A program made the position numbers and the translations under genes. Below are positions 18,501 through 27,600 of a DNA stretch of 36,966 bases, one piece after another. Source of the stretch: a virus (Duplodnaviria; Caudoviricetes); IMG/VR virus record IMGVR_UViG_3300026187_000041, positions 1-36,966 of that record. One strand, given 5' to 3'. The stretch's first letter is position 1. Each line of letters starts with the position of its first letter. The notes under the pieces are model-generated. The model was given only the letters and a program-made list of their open reading frames with translations. It searched no databases and had not been told where the DNA came from.

Positions 18501-19684
18501 ATAACAAAATCAGAATTGAATCAGCATCTCTAAAAGGTACATTAAATCCTGACAAGTCAAACGAGATTTCTCAATATGATTATGCACCAATTGACTCAAA
18601 CCTATTAGGGACATACTTTACCACAACCGATACTGTGAATTTTGATATCTACAATTCAGAAGGATACTTCGAAGCAGATGATTGGGTAGGTGACCCTGAC
18701 AAGAGATACAATGAAGATTACCCTATACTAAAATATAGAGCAAAGAATTACTTCCAAAAATACACAAGTGGTACTGCGTTGGATTTGATTATGGATATGT
18801 TATCGAGATACGATATGTCGGTATTCGACCAAATCAAACAATTAATACCAGCACGTGCTGATTGGCATAAAGGTATCTTAATAGAACCACACGTATTTGA
18901 AAGAAACAAATATCAACGAGACCGTGGTATCACAATTTCAAGACACCACTATGATGGTGTGATTGATATTGGCACAAATATTATCACAGCAAGTAGAAAC
19001 GATTATGGATTAACCAGTGGTTCAAAAAGACCGGATGGTGTTGTAGACCTTTACGATTATAGAGCATCTACATACCAATACCAACTCGCAGTATTAAGTG
19101 GTTCTACATATGTGAATAGAACAAACGGATATTGGGAATATTCTCCAACTGGTTCTACAATTTTGAATGCAAAGACATCTACCATCTACCAAGAACCAAA
19201 ATACTTCTTTAGTTCAAAGGAAGATGCCGAGACCTTGACTCCAAACTCAACATCGTTCCACTATGCCGAAGTTCAAGATACGAGATTACCTCTATCATTT
19301 GAAAACCTATATTATAATGGTTGTAGAATAACAAGTGATTCACTAACAACTGATTCTGAAGATACACCCGATGGTGGTCCAGTTGTAGAGATTACAACAG
19401 TTGACCCTAATGTATTGGTATTCTCAGGTCAGAGTGGTGATACATTATCTACTGAAGATAATACGAGACAAAAAGTGGTGAGAGAGATGCCTACTGATGA
19501 ATTGGTTTCAGTTCAGAAGGATAGAGAACGTAGAGTAAAACCAATACCATCAAGAGCTGCTGAATCGGAGACTGTAAAACCACTCCCATTCTTAGTTAGA
19601 AATAGTAAACCGAAGCGTAATATACGTGAGGATAGAACATCAAATATACTAAATCGTGTATTAAGAAGAACACGAAGAGGTTAA
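15551..19684 (+). CDS. large baseplate wedge protein (gp7/P2 gpI-like segment)
   Basis: 1377 aa; FVDMIGQHFD...LLKSIADSLGW...PMLYKTKGSARSIKALLSSYGI resembles the gpI/gp7 wedge motif; position in the baseplate module. Confidence 0.65.
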   Translation: MALDRFLNKEQVTGFTPTFGKTIEGVQTQELFLSDNEVKGDFDLVAGLDFTPNQELHIYSDENLIQSTYRGFIQSDNRSSRPEVYTIPELDLRNLGIQQGSYSLVYNFHHNIVENLKILEISSDRTEIKVEYDSNADNNLVPQALSDRGVNAFDTNGVKKDFVINFKNNNIYDIVNMEFDGLRVGVVTETLSYPTSFFSEANGQNSQPTTFVPFDSTFEGSLGRWRTMVEVITPAIGQSSNDFGKLTGRFRKYALNQNPDGTLFWQAGQKIFNQQVPDDLATNEVDLQDAINNNDDIFVQTLSPNALNLTYNRFDNSVDTIQSITFKLNRPLGEDIAENDIGDLDARIMKSWVEKIIAFPSIQNEDRPDFSEPDFSLDMSDYKGADGVDWQNWNSLLDVNATTSQQLINKYFSGSLGNVTLNIDYSDFQNFVHFSSATERVDNFKYKLQQIETYDARINTLESVSGSDALTNISQSMVRRDRIIGGFDDFEKYLYYDTDANIYTHWSSSDYTIEPYPKQSTYPHILRSTTSNEGVNWYNGVYASASLYDEFNDAQLRKMIPIHLRNDERNEEYTTFVDMIGQHFDIQWTYIQSLTTINEREEHPKDGMADDLLKSIADSLGWKLSNGYSDVSLWKYALGVESDGTLNQTGTLKSKSREEITKETWRRIVNTIPMLYKTKGSARSIKALLSSYGIPQAFLKIREWGGPAISTRKNVYEHERFVYKLQASPSKYISNPWDGIQSDRPNSIEVIGKMPQGNYHILRLSDGSDNVDYFWDYTNETARIRLSVNDTDIISSSYVPYKQRKEVAMVLTSGSIEINAAWVDDWGEVLANPQATLSGNNSTFNSVWTSTGTLRVPGPTTDANVNSYETASIQEVRYFRDSITNEITTEHAKNREAYFSDDNTTDLDIDTSFDKLMYRIFPDSSFATTSSYIRSIHPNQEFTQSDSGLVLSASLVNMAPLDLVGEVDTQFVTVPSMGALNLMNNKIRIESASLKGTLNPDKSNEISQYDYAPIDSNLLGTYFTTTDTVNFDIYNSEGYFEADDWVGDPDKRYNEDYPILKYRAKNYFQKYTSGTALDLIMDMLSRYDMSVFDQIKQLIPARADWHKGILIEPHVFERNKYQRDRGITISRHHYDGVIDIGTNIITASRNDYGLTSGSKRPDGVVDLYDYRASTYQYQLAVLSGSTYVNRTNGYWEYSPTGSTILNAKTSTIYQEPKYFFSSKEDAETLTPNSTSFHYAEVQDTRLPLSFENLYYNGCRITSDSLTTDSEDTPDGGPVVEITTVDPNVLVFSGQSGDTLSTEDNTRQKVVREMPTDELVSVQKDRERRVKPIPSRAAESETVKPLPFLVRNSKPKRNIREDRTSNILNRVLRRTRRG

Positions 19685-19699
19685 AAAGATAAAAAACCA

Positions 19700-19707
19700 T
19701 ATTTATA
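19700..19707 (+). promoter_or_regulatory. putative late-promoter motif TATTTATA
   Basis: Intergenic, 23 nt before ATG 19731. Confidence 0.55.
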
Positions 19708-19730
19708 TACACAAACAATAGGAAAGCACT

Positions 19731-20405
19731 ATGGGATTTTTAGATAATTCATCAGTAACAGTAGACGCAATTCTCACCAAAAAAGGTAGAGAGTTGTTGG
19801 CACAAGGTCGTGACAAGTTTCAAATCACTCAATTTGCATTAGCAGATGATGAGGTTGATTATGAACTTTGGAATCCGGCACACTCATTAGGTTCTGATTA
19901 CTATGGTATCGTAATCGAGAATATGCCAGTGATTGAAGCAATCACGGATGAGAACTACGCAATGAAGTATAAACTACTTTCATTACCAAAATCAACAACA
20001 AGGTTACCTTACATTTCGGTATCACCAACTACAATCACATTAGATGAAGGTGTACAAAACACCGTAATCGCAGTGACTACTAAGAATGGTGGTAATGAAA
20101 ACTTGGGTTACACTGCGATACTACTCAATAGTGATGCAGGGTCTATTAGTGGTAACCCTGGAATTCCTGGTAATGTTACTCCAATCATTAATGTTGGGTC
20201 ATACAATACTGCACAATCTCAAACGGTTGTAGGTAAGAATCAATTTACATTCCAATCGGCAGCAAATCTACCAAACGACACTGCAATTACAACTCGTGTT
20301 ATTATCATTGGTAACGAGACTGGTGGTAGAACTGAGATTGATGTAACTGTTAACCCAGTACGTGATGCACAAACTAATGTGGTTGTTGTACAATCTCCAA
20401 GATAA
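19731..20405 (+). CDS. baseplate/tail-collar structural protein
   Basis: AILTKKGRELLAQG...ITQFALADDEVDY resembles the N-terminus of tail-collar (DUF3751-like) proteins; beta-rich C-terminal half. Confidence 0.6.
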   Translation: MGFLDNSSVTVDAILTKKGRELLAQGRDKFQITQFALADDEVDYELWNPAHSLGSDYYGIVIENMPVIEAITDENYAMKYKLLSLPKSTTRLPYISVSPTTITLDEGVQNTVIAVTTKNGGNENLGYTAILLNSDAGSISGNPGIPGNVTPIINVGSYNTAQSQTVVGKNQFTFQSAANLPNDTAITTRVIIIGNETGGRTEIDVTVNPVRDAQTNVVVVQSPR

Positions 20406-20421
20406 TTAAAAGGAAAGTAAG

Positions 20422-21630
20422 ATGGCAATACAAGAAATAGGTGGTAATAGTGGTAGACTTGGTGGTGGTACGGGATTACCAGGTGGTAGTTCAGGTGCAT
20501 CATCAACTGGAAATATCGGAGGTGGGTCTGCATTAGCAAACGCACTATCAAATAGAGTATCAGTAGCACAACTAACCGCTGAAGATGTTTCAACTGATGC
20601 AACTCCAATTATCCCAGCAGGTGCATACGATTACGGAAGTGGTAAAGTTTACACTGCATTCACAGTTGAAGATATCGTTGAAGGAAACACTCAGAGAGTA
20701 ACTCGTGGTTTGTGGAGTGGTAACGTTGGTGAACTAACTTCGTTTTGGACTTCATCATATCAGTCTGCTACTCAGAAACAATACTACTACGAAATCTACA
20801 ATGGTGACCCAACTGACTCCACTAAAGAAGCTCAGTTCTCAATTGCATATGGACACTACGCAGGTAGTGGTTCTTTAGGTGCTAATGAAGATTCACCTTC
20901 AAATGCAATCTACTCACAATTCCAACAAGTATTACTTCCAGCATCTCAAACAACATTTACCTTTGGTGATGTAACACAAGATGATGTTTACGTAATCTCA
21001 ATCAATAGAGCACGTATCAAAGATAAGTTAGACCCAGGGAATTGGGAATTGGTATTGTCTGGTTCGAGTGGTGAAACCCTAAGACTTATTGATAATAGTG
21101 GAGACACTAACCAATTAGGTAATTCAAATCAAAACAAATACAATGTTGTATCAGGCTCACTACTTGATGGGGTTCTTACTGAAACTGAGGTTTTCGGAGA
21201 AGTGTATCCACAATTTGGTATTATTGTTTTATCAGCAGCCGCACTTGATGCTTCTGCTTCATTAGGAACTGTGAGAACATCTAACACCGATGCACAAAAC
21301 CACGGAAAATTGTTTACTGCAATTAGTGGTGCTGCATTTGAAGATTCGGCAAACGGATTCCAAGCAAGAAGTGAAGAAGAAGTGAAATCAACATTCTTCT
21401 TCGTGAGAGCTAAGAATGCAGAATACAACTTCTCAAACAACCCATCTTATGTTACTGGTTCAAATGGTAAGTTAAATCAACAAACATTCGTAGGTGACCC
21501 TAAGTCATACATTACTACGGTAGGTTTGTATAATAACGACAATGAACTTTTAGCAATTGCTAAGTTGTCTAAACCTTTATTGAAATCATTCTCTAATGAG
21601 ATTTTAATTAAGGTTAAGCTCGACTTCTAA
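20422..21630 (+). CDS. baseplate/tail-collar structural protein
   Basis: Gly-rich N-terminus; C-terminal YITTVGLYNNDNELLAIAKLSKPLLK...IKVKLDF. Confidence 0.65.
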   Translation: MAIQEIGGNSGRLGGGTGLPGGSSGASSTGNIGGGSALANALSNRVSVAQLTAEDVSTDATPIIPAGAYDYGSGKVYTAFTVEDIVEGNTQRVTRGLWSGNVGELTSFWTSSYQSATQKQYYYEIYNGDPTDSTKEAQFSIAYGHYAGSGSLGANEDSPSNAIYSQFQQVLLPASQTTFTFGDVTQDDVYVISINRARIKDKLDPGNWELVLSGSSGETLRLIDNSGDTNQLGNSNQNKYNVVSGSLLDGVLTETEVFGEVYPQFGIIVLSAAALDASASLGTVRTSNTDAQNHGKLFTAISGAAFEDSANGFQARSEEEVKSTFFFVRAKNAEYNFSNNPSYVTGSNGKLNQQTFVGDPKSYITTVGLYNNDNELLAIAKLSKPLLKSFSNEILIKVKLDF

Positions 21631-21642
21631 AGATGGTAACCA

Positions 21643-23265
21643 ATGGGAATAGTATACAAAAAAATCTTCAATGGGGGTGTCCAATCGAGACCCTTCAAGG
21701 CACATAAACGATACGAGGTTACAAACGTAAACCACTCATCATCGTTTGAGATTTCTGTTCTCAGAGGTATATCTGATAATGGTATTTTAACGGAGGTATC
21801 TACTTCAGTCGATGGTACGATTGCAGTAGATACCTTCTTAACTTCATCTGGTGGTGTAACTACTGAATTAAATTCCATTCCACAAAAAATAGTATGGAAC
21901 TCTATTAATTCTACATTCTTTAAACGTAGAACTGATATTAGGTTATATGATACTGCATCCGTAGTATCTATCCCACAAAACAAATTTGGTGAAAATATAA
22001 AACCCAAGTCAGTAGTTGTAATTGATAATTCAGACTACTCGGATTCTACTATTTATCTCCACGACCAAAAGGTTACTGATGAATATGGGTTATTGATTGC
22101 AAATGAATTAACAGCATCTACATATATTAAATCATCAGATGTAGTTCTAAACTTAGCATTGGATGGTGAGTTAAAAGATTATTCATCATACAACAATCGT
22201 GTTATTAACGATAGTTATACGTTTGGTGAAAGTGGTGCTAACATTGGTAAAGTTGTAAACCTTACCGACCAAACACAAAGTATTAGAGTTAGACACAACT
22301 CTAACTTTAACTCACTAAACAAGAACGATGATTGGGCAGTTTCTTTTTGGGCAAATATTCCAGACCAAGGTATTGGTGGCAGGAATGTATTCAGTCTAAT
22401 TCAAAAACGAAATGCTTACACTTACATAGATGATGCAAACAATGAGCAAGTAAAATCTAATGGGACTGGGCAGTACCCATTCGACCTTTCATTCTACTCA
22501 GAAGAACATCCCACATTACCAGGTCAACTTTTCCTAAGAGCATCTGATGGTAAATCTACCATTAACATTTCATCATCAACTGCATATAACGATGGTGAGT
22601 TCCACCACTACACTATAAATAAAAGTGGTAGTGAGATTGGGTTATATATTGATGGAACTAAAGAAGTTTCATCATCATATGAATTCAGAGGTCTTGTAAA
22701 TAATGACCGAGACCTCTTAATCGGTAGTCGTAATGTTGAAAATACTGAAGCAAACTTTAGTGGGTCAATAGGTCAACTTAGAGTTCATAGAACTGGGCTA
22801 ACTGATAATGAGATAAGTTCACTCGCAAACAACTCATCAAGTGGTTCGGCACTTCAACGTAAAGAAGTTGGTTATGTATTTTATAGACAAGGTGTTATAG
22901 TCGTGACTGACCCAAGACCCCGATACCAAAACATATTCTTAGGTAATGGTGATTGGGACTACACCAATAGAGATTACCAATTAGACTATCGTGCTACAAA
23001 ACAAGTTGAAGAGGTATCTATTCTTTGTGAAATTAAAAGAAACGAATATAATGTATCATCAAATGCATCGCTTAGAGTTGGTGGGACTGATGATGACAAT
23101 AGACTAATCCCAATGGTTACTGGTTCAGACTTTAGACCATACATCACTCAAGTTGGATTATACAACGATAATGGTGATTTACTTGCAATTGGTAAGTTAG
23201 GGTCTCCATTAAAGAAAAGACAAGATGTTGATGTAACCATTAACGTTAAATTCGATATAGACTAA
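21643..23265 (+). CDS. virion protein with LamG/concanavalin-A-like domain, paralog of the upstream gene
   Basis: WAVSFWAN, DGEFHHYTI...LYIDG, LLIGSR...FSGSIGQLRVHRTGLTDNEI form a LamG domain; C-terminal YITQVGLYNDNGDLLAIGKLGSPLKK. Confidence 0.8.
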   Translation: MGIVYKKIFNGGVQSRPFKAHKRYEVTNVNHSSSFEISVLRGISDNGILTEVSTSVDGTIAVDTFLTSSGGVTTELNSIPQKIVWNSINSTFFKRRTDIRLYDTASVVSIPQNKFGENIKPKSVVVIDNSDYSDSTIYLHDQKVTDEYGLLIANELTASTYIKSSDVVLNLALDGELKDYSSYNNRVINDSYTFGESGANIGKVVNLTDQTQSIRVRHNSNFNSLNKNDDWAVSFWANIPDQGIGGRNVFSLIQKRNAYTYIDDANNEQVKSNGTGQYPFDLSFYSEEHPTLPGQLFLRASDGKSTINISSSTAYNDGEFHHYTINKSGSEIGLYIDGTKEVSSSYEFRGLVNNDRDLLIGSRNVENTEANFSGSIGQLRVHRTGLTDNEISSLANNSSSGSALQRKEVGYVFYRQGVIVVTDPRPRYQNIFLGNGDWDYTNRDYQLDYRATKQVEEVSILCEIKRNEYNVSSNASLRVGGTDDDNRLIPMVTGSDFRPYITQVGLYNDNGDLLAIGKLGSPLKKRQDVDVTINVKFDID

Positions 23266-23273
23266 TATAAGTT

Positions 23274-23705
23274 ATGGCAAAAGGAAATTGGAGTCACATC
23301 CAAAAACAAAAAGGTCACAAGAGTGGTCTTGAAACTCGTATTGATGAACAACTCAAATCTCAAGGTATCGATGGTGAATATGAAGAACACGAGGTAAAGT
23401 ACACTATACCTGCATCTCATCATACATATAGACCTGATTTTAAATTACCAAATGGTATCTACATCGAATCAAAGGGTTGGTTCTTACCCGAAGATAGAAA
23501 GAAACACATTCTTATCAAAGAACAAAATCCCGACTTGGATTTACGATTCGTTCTTCAGTCACCCAATGGTAAAATCTACAAAGGTTCGAAGACCACATAC
23601 GCACAATGGTGTGAAAAGAATGGGTTCAAATGGGCTAAGAAAGAAATACCTCAAGAGTGGATAGATGAAAAACCTTCACCAAGTTTTTTTGATTTCTCAA
23701 AATAA
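23274..23705 (+). CDS. T7 endonuclease I-like Holliday-junction resolvase
   Basis: KSGLE, YEEHEVKY...HTYRPDFKLPNGIYIESKG, DRKKHILIKEQNPDLDLRFV, KIYKGSKTTYAQWCEKNGF. Confidence 0.93.
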   Translation: MAKGNWSHIQKQKGHKSGLETRIDEQLKSQGIDGEYEEHEVKYTIPASHHTYRPDFKLPNGIYIESKGWFLPEDRKKHILIKEQNPDLDLRFVLQSPNGKIYKGSKTTYAQWCEKNGFKWAKKEIPQEWIDEKPSPSFFDFSK

Positions 23706-23718
23706 TTTTGTATATTAG
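23688..23718 (+). promoter_or_regulatory. Bacteroidota-type promoter upstream of primase
   Basis: TTTG (23688-23691)-N19-TATATTAG (23711-23718). Confidence 0.55.
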
Positions 23719-23723
23719 TAGTT

Positions 23724-24659
23724 ATGGAAGATAGACTACTTGAATTATTAGAGTCCGTTCTTGGAAGTTCCAAGAAAACAAGTGGGGACAATTATGCGTT
23801 CTACTCACCATTCGTAGACCATTACAAGCCAAAGTTAGAGATTAATATACGAATTAATTCTAAAGGAAACAACCCTTGGCATTGTTGGATTTCGGATGAG
23901 AAGGGTAGAAGTATAAAAACTCTATTCAAAAAACTTCGTGTATCTAAATCAACTTGGGATGAATACAATGCCATATTTAGTAGGGTAAATCGGTATTCTT
24001 CCGAATACGATGATACTGAAGTCATTGAGCAAGTCCAACTCCCAAAAGAGTTCAAACCACTTTACAAACCAACCAACTCATTCAAATACAAACACGCACT
24101 AAACTATCTACTTGGTCGTGGGTTACGTGCTGAAGACATTGTTAAATATAATATTGGGTATTGTGAAGAGGGTGAGTATCGTGATAAGATTATCATTCCA
24201 TCATACGATGAACGTGGTAAGTTAAACTTCTTCGTGGGTAGGTCATTCTATCAGACTCAATACAAACACAAGAACCCGAAGGTATCCAAGGACATTGTGG
24301 GGTTTGAGTTACTCATCAATTGGGACACTCCCTTGGTATTATGTGAAGGTGCTTTTGATGCAATTGCTATTCGTAGAAATGCAATACCACTCTTTGGTAA
24401 ATCAATCCAAAGTGAATTAGAAAAGAAAATAATTGGAAATTCCGTAAAAAAGTTGTATATTGTATTAGATTCGGATGCTATAAAGAATGCACTGCGTCTT
24501 GCAAAGAAGTTTATGTCGTATGGAATTCAAACTCATTTAGTAGATATGGGTGATGAAGACCCATCCGAAATGGGATACGATAAAATAAATAAAAAGATAT
24601 ACGATACCCCACCACTTGATTTACGTAAGTTGATGGAGTATCAGTTGTTTAAAGTATGA
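23724..24659 (+). CDS. DnaG-type DNA primase (TOPRIM)
   Basis: YLLGRG, IIIPSYDERGKLNFFVGR, LCEGAFDAIA, PLFGK, LDSDA and DPSE motifs. Confidence 0.9.
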   Translation: MEDRLLELLESVLGSSKKTSGDNYAFYSPFVDHYKPKLEINIRINSKGNNPWHCWISDEKGRSIKTLFKKLRVSKSTWDEYNAIFSRVNRYSSEYDDTEVIEQVQLPKEFKPLYKPTNSFKYKHALNYLLGRGLRAEDIVKYNIGYCEEGEYRDKIIIPSYDERGKLNFFVGRSFYQTQYKHKNPKVSKDIVGFELLINWDTPLVLCEGAFDAIAIRRNAIPLFGKSIQSELEKKIIGNSVKKLYIVLDSDAIKNALRLAKKFMSYGIQTHLVDMGDEDPSEMGYDKINKKIYDTPPLDLRKLMEYQLFKV

Positions 24660-27600
24660 AAAAAGCAAAGAAGATTAAGGTTGGTATAGAAAAAGTAAAT
24701 AAGGTATACCACATTGCTGATGTCCATATCAGAAACCTTAAAAGACACAGAGAATATCGTGATGTCTTTTCCCACCTTTATGGGTATATTTTGACCACAA
24801 TGGAGGAAAATGACATCATCTACATTGCTGGTGACATTGTTCACGCAAAAACCGATATGTCACCAGAGGTAGTAGATTTGACCCAAGAGTTCTTTACTCG
24901 ATTGGCAGACCTACTCCCTACCATTGTTATTCCTGGTAATCACGATGCTAATCTAAATAACACCTCAAGGTTGGATGCACTTACACCAATTGTAAATGCA
25001 TTGAACCATCCAAACTTATTTTATCTAAAGGAGAGTGGTGCTTGGTCATTGGGTGACCTTACAATTGTTCACCAATCAGTATGGGATAACTCACCTGGTT
25101 TCCCACCTGCAAATGATTATAATGGTGATACAAAAATTGGAGTATTCCACGGAGCAGTAGATAAGATTGAAACCGAACACGGGTTTGCTATCGAGAACAA
25201 GAACATCAATGTATCAAACTTCGAAGGATACGATATGGTGATGTTGGGTGATATCCACAAACCAAACAATGCTGTTCAAGGTGTTGAGACCATCAAGTAT
25301 CCAGGTTCATTAATCGTTCAGAATCACGGAGAAGCAAAGTATCCAGACCACGGAATTTTGGTATGGGATGTGGAGACACGTAAAAATAAATTCGTAAAGA
25401 TTCCTAATGATTACGGATATGTCACGATAGATATAGAAGAGGGTAAGATTGTATCAAATACACCAATCCCTCAAAAACCACGAATGAGAGTTCGTGTAAA
25501 AGATACGAAAGCATCTGAACTAAATAAAATTATTGCTGACCTAAAGAAGGGTCGTAAGGTTCAAGAGTTAACAATTCAAAAAGTTATCACCCGTAAAGAT
25601 GGTGGTGAGCACGAGAAGATTATCCTTCAAAATGTTCGTGATACTGCTTTTCAGAACAAACTGATTGAGGACTTCTTAAATGACACCGAACATCTCACCG
25701 AAGAACAACTTGAAGTTGTTAAAGGTATTAACTCAGATATCAACGCAAAACTTGGAACAAAGAGAACCATTACAAACTCCACTTGGATACCAAAGAAGTT
25801 TGAATTCTCAAATATGTTCTCGTATGGTCCTAACAACGTTATAGACTTTAGTCAGATGAAAGGTGCTTATGGTATCTTTGCTCCAAACGCAAGTGGTAAG
25901 TCAACCCTATGGGATGCTTTATCATTTTGTATCTTTGACAAATGTTCAAGAACATCGAAAGCTGATGATGTAATGAACTACTCCAAGATGACTTTTGATT
26001 GTAAATTCACATTCGAATTGAACGGAGTTGATTACACCATCGAGAGGACTGCTAAGAAGAGTCCTAAGAGAGGTACTGTTAAAGTGGATGTAGACTTCTC
26101 TCGTGTAGTAGATGGTCAAGTAGAATCCCTTAATGGAGAGCAACGTAGAGAGACCAATTCAATCATTAGAGAATATGTCGGAACTTATGATGACTTCGTA
26201 CTCACTGCGATGTCAACACAATCAAACAATAGTGGATTCATCGAAAAGTCCCAAAAGGAACGTAAGGAACTACTTGCACAATTCCTCGATATGGATGTCT
26301 TCGAAGACCTCTACCAAATTGCAAGTGAAGAGATTAAGGAACTATCAGCTTTACTAAAAGATTACAAGAACCAAGATTTCCCAACACAACTTGCTGAAGC
26401 AGAAGAAACTTTGACATCTATCACTGGGTCATTGACCGAACTACGAGATAGAAAGGTTGACTTAGAAACCAAACGAGATAACACCAATACTAAGATTGAG
26501 TATGAGGTAGGTAAGTTAAAGCCGGTTGAAGACATTGGTGATGTATCGGACTTGGAATCTAAATTAGAAATCGCAGAGACTCATATTGCAAAACAAAAGA
26601 AAGCATGTGATTCTAATATAATTGCTATCAAACGAGTGGAGACTGAAATAAAAGATGTTACCACGAAGTTATCTAAGTATGATATCGAGGACTTACGAGA
26701 AAAGCAAAAGCAATATAATATACTTGATAAGAAGTTTAATGAGTTGGGTAGTTCATTGGATAAGTTAGAAACTGAAATGGTACACACCAAGAAACATTTG
26801 GATGGTATTGGGTCTCTTACATTCGACCCATCGTGTGACCATTGTGTTAAAAATCAAAACACCCCATTTGCTAAACAAGCACAAACACTTGAGTCTGACC
26901 TAAATCGTTTGGGTAACGAATACTCAACAATAGTTTCAGAGAGATTACGTGTGATGACCAATCGTGATGAGTGTGATGTTAATTCAAAGTTGGAAGAATA
27001 CGAGGAGTTGGTATTAGACTCAAAGGAACTACATCACGAAATGGATGAACACCAATTTAATTACGAAGGGTGTTTACTACTTGTTGAAAAGATGGAACTC
27101 GAAATGGAGTCACTCAAAGAAAAAGTTCAAAGAGCAAAAGACCAAGAACAAGCAGTAGAGCATAACACCATAGTTCAACAAAAGATAAAATCTTTTAAAG
27201 TCACACGAGATTCACTTCGTGATGAGATTGAAGATGTGACTAATGATATTATGTCGGTCAACTCTGATATCAAACTTGCTGAGAATACTATTGAGTCGGT
27301 GAATAAAGCAATCGATAAACTCAAAGAAATGGAAGTGAGGTTTGATGGGTATGAATACTATTTGAAATGTGTTAAACGTGATGGTATCCCATACAATCTA
27401 ATTTCAGATGTCCTACCAAAGTTAGAGATTGAGATTAACAACATACTATCACCAATCGTTGATTTCCAAATTATGTTGAATACCGATGGTAAGAACATCA
27501 ATTCATACATTGCATATGGGGCTGATGAGTATTGGCCATTAGAACTTACAAGTGGTATGGAAAAGTTCATCTCTTCAATCGCAATTAGAACTGCATTAGT

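Noticed and set aside
9307-23265. Bacterial T6SS or extracellular contractile injection system
   Set aside because: The gp25/gp6-like genes sit among primase, resolvase, sigma and tRNA genes in a phage context, so an ordinary myophage baseplate explains them.
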